The notes below the pieces were generated by a model, which saw only the letters and a program-made list of their open reading frames with translations, was not told the DNA's origin and made no database searches. Positions 58,922-64,000 of a stretch of DNA of 64,000 nucleotides are shown here, one piece after another. The position numbers and the translations under genes are program-made. Source of the stretch: an uncultured Verrucomicrobiae bacterium (lineage in GTDB: Bacteria > Verrucomicrobiota > Verrucomicrobiia > Chthoniobacterales > UBA10450); contig CAVTMK010000002.1 in the NCBI GenBank assembly GCA_963735805.1, positions 1,472,001-1,536,000 on the forward strand. Direction: 5' to 3'. The stretch's first letter is position 1; every line of letters begins with the position of its first letter.

Positions 58922-59763
58922 GGCGCAACAGTGAAATAGTTGAGCAATCGGCTGATCTGCTCGCGCATTTTTTTACGGTGCACGATCATGTCGATCAAAC
59001 CATGCTCCTCAAGAAACTCAGCAGTTTGAAATCGTTCGGGCAAATCCTGGTGCGTGGTCTCCCTGATGACGCGTGGACCGGCGAAGCCGATCATGCTTTT
59101 GGGTTCGGCTATAATAACGTCACCCAGCGACGCGAAGCTGGCCATGACGCCGGCTGTAGTGGGATTGGTCAGGACCGAAATATAAGGAAGTTTGGCTTCC
59201 GCATGGCGAGCGAGTGCGCCGCTTGTTTTAGCCATCTGCATCAAGCTCAGCATGCCTTCGTACATGCGAGCTCCGCCGGAAGCCGCAACGATGATCACCG
59301 CGCAACGCTCGGCGGTTCCGTATTCGATTGTGCGCGTGATTCTCTCGCCAACCACCGAACCCATTGTCGCGGCAAGAAAACCGAAATCCATCACCGCGAT
59401 CGCAACCTTGTGGCCGTCAAGAATTCCATACCCACTGATGACAGCGTCAAGAAGACCGGTGCGTTCCTGATAGGTCTTGAGTCGCTCTTTATAGTTGGCC
59501 ATTCCCTGGAAACGTAAGACGTCCACTGATTTGAGGCCCGCGTCCATTTCGACAAAAGATCCCGGGTCGAGAAGATTCTGAATTCGTTCCTTAGCCGGTT
59601 GCGCAAAATGATAATCGCAGCGCGGACAGACTCGCTGGTTCTGCGCGAGCTCGATCTCTGGCACAACTTCCGAACAGCCGGGGCACTTTTGAAAAAGGCC
59701 GCGCGGAATCTCCTTTTTCTTCCCGCTTTCTGCCTTGATTGCTGGTTTTTTGAAAATCGCCAT
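58918..59763 (-). CDS. accD: Acetyl-CoA carboxylase carboxyltransferase beta subunit
   Basis: C4 zinc finger, MGSVVGE, SGGARM, SLMQMAK, FAGPRVI. Confidence 0.96.
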   Translation of the reverse strand: MAIFKKPAIKAESGKKKEIPRGLFQKCPGCSEVVPEIELAQNQRVCPRCDYHFAQPAKERIQNLLDPGSFVEMDAGLKSVDVLRFQGMANYKERLKTYQERTGLLDAVISGYGILDGHKVAIAVMDFGFLAATMGSVVGERITRTIEYGTAERCAVIIVAASGGARMYEGMLSLMQMAKTSGALARHAEAKLPYISVLTNPTTAGVMASFASLGDVIIAEPKSMIGFAGPRVIRETTHQDLPERFQTAEFLEEHGLIDMIVHRKKMREQISRLLNYFTVAP

Positions 59764-59769
59764 TGCAAT

Positions 59770-60498
59770 TTAAGCGCGCGCAGCCATTGCCGCATGAACA
59801 GAGGTCGCGCCAGCATGTTTCAACACACGCGCGCACTCACTTAGCGTAGAACCCGTTGTAAGAATATCATCAATCAACAGCACCTGTAAGCCTCGCACGT
59901 CCGTGTTCTTTCGTAAACGGAACGCGTTATGCAAATTTTCCATTCGCTCGGCGCGGTCGAGCGCGGTCTGTGTGGTTGTATATCGAATGCGCTCCAGCAG
60001 GGCCTTGCACGGAACTGATATCCGCGAGCTCAGCAATTCGGCAAGCAAGCCCGCTTGATTGAATCCCCGTTCCCGTCGCCGAGTTGGATGCAACGGGACG
60101 GGTACGATCAAGTCGAATTCACGTTCGCGCAGACGCTCATCGTCAAGTGCTTCATATAGCCAGCGTGCCACGAGATGTCGCAAATGAACCTGACGGCCGT
60201 ACTTAAAGTCGTGAATGATCTGGCGGACTACACCGCGGCCACGATACGCGGCAACCGCTGCCTCAAAGTAAATCGTGCGACGCGTGCAGTTGGCGCATCT
60301 GAACGCGCCGGTAATGGCGCCTTCGAAGGGCTCCGAACATTGCCGGCAAAACGGCGCAACGATGCGCATGGTCTTTGCTTCGCATTGCTCGCAGAGATAT
60401 TGGCCGGCTCGAGTTTTGCCACCACAGAGCGTGCATACCGGCGGGTAGAGAAGCGAGGCGGCGGCTTCGAATAATTCAAACTTGTGAAGCGCGATCAT
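59770..60498 (-). CDS. comF: ComF family protein
   Basis: Double zinc ribbon, PVPLH, RGFNQA, IDDILTTGST. Confidence 0.9.
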   Translation of the reverse strand: MIALHKFELFEAAASLLYPPVCTLCGGKTRAGQYLCEQCEAKTMRIVAPFCRQCSEPFEGAITGAFRCANCTRRTIYFEAAVAAYRGRGVVRQIIHDFKYGRQVHLRHLVARWLYEALDDERLREREFDLIVPVPLHPTRRRERGFNQAGLLAELLSSRISVPCKALLERIRYTTTQTALDRAERMENLHNAFRLRKNTDVRGLQVLLIDDILTTGSTLSECARVLKHAGATSVHAAMAARA

Positions 60499-61363
60499 AT
60501 TTCAGCCACGTGCGCATTATTATCCAGGTAACGGCAGCTACACCCAGCGGGATGATTCCGACAAGCATGTTCTTTCCTATCCAGGGAAAGGCGAGCATTT
60601 GTTGACGAGCCAACCGGCTAAAGGCCCCGCTACCGGCGATCCACCCGGCATGCAGGCCAATCGATAACCACAACGACTGGGTAAGCACACGCGCGTCAGC
60701 GAGAATCCAGCCGATGAAAAATAATGTTGCGACCGCCGAGGCGAGTAACATCGGATCGCCAATTCCGTCAAATGCATGGGCGATCGAACTGAACCCAGAC
60801 GTCCATGTTACCACAGCCGATGTCGCCTCCGGGGCCTTTAAAAAATGGACGACCGCAAAGATCGCTGAAACAGCAAAGATAGCTACGTACTTCCGTCCGG
60901 TTCTCAGCAAAACTCCTAAAACAATCCCGCGAAAAAAAACCTCTTCAATGAACGGAACCGTTATTGACGCAAGCAGCATCTTGCCAAAACGCGCCCAGGC
61001 AAAGCTGTGCCGAAACAAATATACATGAGACGCGATCAGTAACGCCCCGCAACAGAGCAGGGGAAGCACAGAGATAACAACACCGGCGATGAGATCACGG
61101 CCCCAGCGTGAATTTGGTACGAGGGCCAGGTCACCCATGCTGTGGACATGGCTGGCTCGCAGGAATGGCCAGAGCAAAACTAAGGCCGCGATCAGAAGGG
61201 CGCGATGAAAGAATGTTTCGAAATCATAACTTGTCAGGAAAGGGAACACACCGTGCGCGGCAAGCGACTGAGCAGACCAAAAGAGAATTGGCGCGAGGAA
61301 GACCCCGACGACAATCGTTCCAATAAAATATGCCGCCAATCTGACTACATCTTTCAAGCCCAT
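60476..61363 (-). CDS. CPBP/Abi family intramembrane metalloprotease
   Basis: EEVFFRG, FAVVH, IGLHAGW. Confidence 0.88.
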   Translation of the reverse strand: MGLKDVVRLAAYFIGTIVVGVFLAPILFWSAQSLAAHGVFPFLTSYDFETFFHRALLIAALVLLWPFLRASHVHSMGDLALVPNSRWGRDLIAGVVISVLPLLCCGALLIASHVYLFRHSFAWARFGKMLLASITVPFIEEVFFRGIVLGVLLRTGRKYVAIFAVSAIFAVVHFLKAPEATSAVVTWTSGFSSIAHAFDGIGDPMLLASAVATLFFIGWILADARVLTQSLWLSIGLHAGWIAGSGAFSRLARQQMLAFPWIGKNMLVGIIPLGVAAVTWIIMRTWLKYDRASQV

Positions 61364-61383
61364 TAATGTAAGGTTTTACTGCG

Positions 61384-61644
61384 ATGCCGAGTCAACACAT
61401 ATGGACGGACAAAGATCAAGATGGCAGAAAACGCGAAGTGCGCGCGACGAAGTTCGGCCGAGCGTGGCGGTTGCAGGCCAAGGTGGTCGGCGATCTCGAC
61501 TGGACCTACTATGATCGTCCGTTAATGGAGGATTTGCTAACATTGAAAGAAATCCTTGTGCGGAAGTACCAGCGGCGGCGTGCATCGTTTGAGGACGTTG
61601 CTTCGATCGAAAAGCTCATCCAGGAACAGCGTACGTATGAATGA
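61384..61644 (+). CDS. Small hypothetical protein
   Basis: 86-aa ORF with protein-like composition (KREVRA, WTYYDRP, RKYQRRR), divergent from the CPBP gene. Confidence 0.65.
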   Translation: MPSQHIWTDKDQDGRKREVRATKFGRAWRLQAKVVGDLDWTYYDRPLMEDLLTLKEILVRKYQRRRASFEDVASIEKLIQEQRTYE

Positions 61645-61704
61645 CGAGGCTGCTGTTAAATAGGTCGCGGAGGTAGGTGCATTTTATCCGTATCGAAAAT
61701 TCTT

Positions 61705-61958
61705 ATGACTGAATGGAACACCCAGGAGCTAATCGACGCCGACAAGCGGTTCACGACTGGTGCAGGCGGACGGATACGCTGTTGATCATGGATGAAGTGA
61801 TGACTGGATTTGGCAGAACAAGTCGAATGTTCGCGATGGAATATGAAGGCGTGATTCCGGATATGGCGATAATGGGTAAGAGCTTGAGCGAAAGCTATCT
61901 TCCGCTGGATATTACCTTGATATCGGTAAAACCATTTCGGCTTTCGATGTGTCAGTAG
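61705..61958 (+). pseudogene. BioA-like class III aminotransferase remnant
   Basis: N-terminus MTEWNTQELIDADKRF joined out of frame to the PLP motif LIMDEVMTGFGRT...PDMAIMGKSL; the rest is missing. Confidence 0.78.
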
Positions 61959-61991
61959 CGGATGGTAGAGCTCTTGTGTATGGCATAAAGG

Positions 61992-62732
61992 ATGGCGAAG
62001 AAATTACGGCTTGATCAGCTTTTAGTCGGGAAGGGGTTGTTTCCAAGCCGCGAGCAGGCGCGGCGCGCCGTAATGGCCGGCGAGATAAAAGTCGGCTCCC
62101 GAATTGCGATGAAGGCGTCTGAACTCCTCGAAGAAGACGCGCCGATCTCACTAAAACCGGCGCAAAAATACGTCGGCCGAGGCGGGCTAAAGCTGGAAAA
62201 CGCTCTCGACTTCTTCAAGATCGACATACGCGGCAAAACGGCGCTGGATATCGGTGCCTCTACCGGCGGTTTCACGGATTGCATGCTACAACGCGGCGTG
62301 GAGAAAGTTTACGCGGTTGATGTCGGTCACGGTCAATTGAACTGGAAACTACGCAGCGATCCTCGCGTAATTGTTCTGGAAAAAATTAACGCGCGATTTC
62401 TATCACGTGAGCAGATTCCAGAACTTATCGATGTTTGCGTGATTGATGTTTCTTTTATCTCGCTGACCTTAATCTTGCCAAACGCATTCGATCTAATAAC
62501 TCCAACTGGCGTGATTCTCGCTTTGATCAAACCACAGTTCGAGCTGCAACGCGCGGATGTAGGCAGGGGTGGAATTGTTCGCGATCCGGAGCTACACCGA
62601 AAGGCCGGGGACAGGATAGTCGCATTTGTCATACATTCAGGCCACGTTGTCACCGGAATTGTTCCATCTGCTATTAAGGGTACAGACGGCAATCAGGAAT
62701 TTTTTGCATGCATCCGAAAACGATCGGCATAA
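61992..62732 (+). CDS. tlyA: TlyA family rRNA 2'-O-methyltransferase
   Basis: S4 domain RLD, YVGRGGLKL, DIGASTGGFTD, DVSFISL, LIKPQFE, GNQEF. Confidence 0.94.
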   Translation: MAKKLRLDQLLVGKGLFPSREQARRAVMAGEIKVGSRIAMKASELLEEDAPISLKPAQKYVGRGGLKLENALDFFKIDIRGKTALDIGASTGGFTDCMLQRGVEKVYAVDVGHGQLNWKLRSDPRVIVLEKINARFLSREQIPELIDVCVIDVSFISLTLILPNAFDLITPTGVILALIKPQFELQRADVGRGGIVRDPELHRKAGDRIVAFVIHSGHVVTGIVPSAIKGTDGNQEFFACIRKRSA

Positions 62733-63574
62733 TCGCTCACACAGGGAAACCGGGTGTTGGCGATCTGGTCAACGCAATCTCAAAGGAGTTCGATCGCTCT
62801 TCGATCACGACTTTGCTGGAAAAAGAAACAGCGCGTGTTGCTGGAAAGAAATCCGAGTATTCGATCGCAGAGCTCGGTGTTGCGGCGGATCTTCTGGTTG
62901 TAGCTGGAGGCGACGGCACGATTCTGCGCGTAGTGGGCCAGCTGGGCGAGATGATCAAACCGATCTTCGGGATCAACGTAGGTTCCCTTGGCTTTCTTAC
63001 CACGGCGAGTTCTGCGACGTATCGAGAGGCAGTGGAATGTCTGGCCAGAGACCGGATCAATTTTAGTCAGCGGGCGCTGCTTGAGGCCCGGGTTCGATTA
63101 GGTGAAAAACAAACGGCAAAAATGCTGGCACTAAACGACGCTGTGCTGAGCCGTGGCGAGCTCTCACGGCTGGTGCTGTTGCACACGCGGGTGAACGGCG
63201 AGCCGCTCACGGAGTTCAATGCAGACGGCTTGATTGTTGCGACGCCGACAGGATCGACGGCCTACTCATTGTCCGCAGGCGGCCCCATTCTCGATCCGGA
63301 ATCGGGGGTTTTTGTGATCACGCCGATTTGCCCGCATGTCCTGACGAACCGATCGATCATTGTCGCCCAGGACTCGACAATTGAGATCGAAGCCAGCGAT
63401 CCCGATTATCCGGTGTTCCTAACACTCGACGGCCGGAAACCGATACATGTCGAGCGAGGATCGGTAGTGACCATCCGCAAGGCGAAGAAGACGCTTCCAC
63501 TGGCGTCGCTGCCTGACACGTCGTTCTTCAGCGTGGTGAGACAGAAATTGAAATGGAGCGGGAGCAACCTTTGA
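62708..63574 (+). CDS. nadK: NAD kinase
   Basis: GGDGT, GSLGFL, LND, DGLIVATPTGSTAYSLSAGGP. Confidence 0.96.
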   Translation: MHPKTIGIIAHTGKPGVGDLVNAISKEFDRSSITTLLEKETARVAGKKSEYSIAELGVAADLLVVAGGDGTILRVVGQLGEMIKPIFGINVGSLGFLTTASSATYREAVECLARDRINFSQRALLEARVRLGEKQTAKMLALNDAVLSRGELSRLVLLHTRVNGEPLTEFNADGLIVATPTGSTAYSLSAGGPILDPESGVFVITPICPHVLTNRSIIVAQDSTIEIEASDPDYPVFLTLDGRKPIHVERGSVVTIRKAKKTLPLASLPDTSFFSVVRQKLKWSGSNL

Positions 63575-63656
63575 ATTCGACAGGGCGGCCGCTGACCGTT
63601 CAATGGCCACCGTCGGCGGTAGATTGCACGTTGCAGCGTGATTCTAGTTAGGCCTC

Positions 63657-64000
63657 ATGGAGATTCGGTCTGGCTCACCGTCGGATGCAGAGGCAATAGC
63701 TCGATTGATCGCCAGCTTTCAGAATGAGCTCACCGACGACCCGTCAGGAGCGGGCGCAGAAGCGTATCTCGCCTCCGTGTCTGCGCAAGCCGAGCGCGAA
63801 TATCTAAGCTCGCCACGCTATCGGTACCTCCTTGCGTACGCTGGTCCTCAGCTTGCTGGCTTCATCGCTATCCGAGACGGTTCCCACCTATTTCACCTCT
63901 TCGTCGAGCGTGCACACCAACGCCAAGGCCTCGCTCGCGCCTTGTGGGAGCGAGCATTGCACGAGTTGGGCTCTCCTGGGAGTCATCAAGGAGCTTTCAC
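63657..64000 (+). CDS. GNAT family N-acetyltransferase (3' end outside window)
   Basis: MEIRSGSPSDAEAIARL...LFHLFVERAHQRQGLARALW (acetyl-CoA-binding motif A); frame open to the window end. Confidence 0.85.
   Translation, partial: MEIRSGSPSDAEAIARLIASFQNELTDDPSGAGAEAYLASVSAQAEREYLSSPRYRYLLAYAGPQLAGFIAIRDGSHLFHLFVERAHQRQGLARALWERALHELGSPGSHQGAF

Overview
Gene-dense bacterial chromosome segment. Gene content and style suggest a soil Verrucomicrobium (Chthoniobacterales / Ca. Udaeobacter-like), which is inference only. Most of the window is housekeeping: murJ (partial), two glutamate-dehydrogenase-family genes, fahA, glyQS, murI, valS, cstA, a complete moxR-DUF58-bat operon, der, thrC, lysC, pdxJ-acpS, class I aldolase, metG, folC-accD-comF and tlyA-nadK. 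Between about 39.9 and 55 kb lies a metal(loid) region with ArsS, a TIGR04283-like glycosyltransferase, a DUF6428-arsR-aquaporin-arsC-arsM operon, a multicopper oxidase and CopA. The most interesting signals, most of them not visible in the ORF track, are: (1) a CutF/CruR-like Cys-rich, PPPR-ended leader protein directly upstream of a 41-aa secreted CC-CC-CC peptide, plus a second 51-aa secreted metallothionein-like peptide beside copA; (2) GTAG-type REP palindromes translated in frame inside valS, folC and both lipoyl-flanking linkers of a single-chain E1alpha-E1beta-lipoyl-E2 dehydrogenase; (3) an integrase-free GIY-YIG mini-element flanked by copies of the tRNA-Val(CAC) 3' end; (4) a two-state RNA structure in the leader of the first dehydrogenase gene. 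No CRISPR array, rRNA, integrase or transposase was seen. All family assignments are from motif recognition by eye, not database searches.
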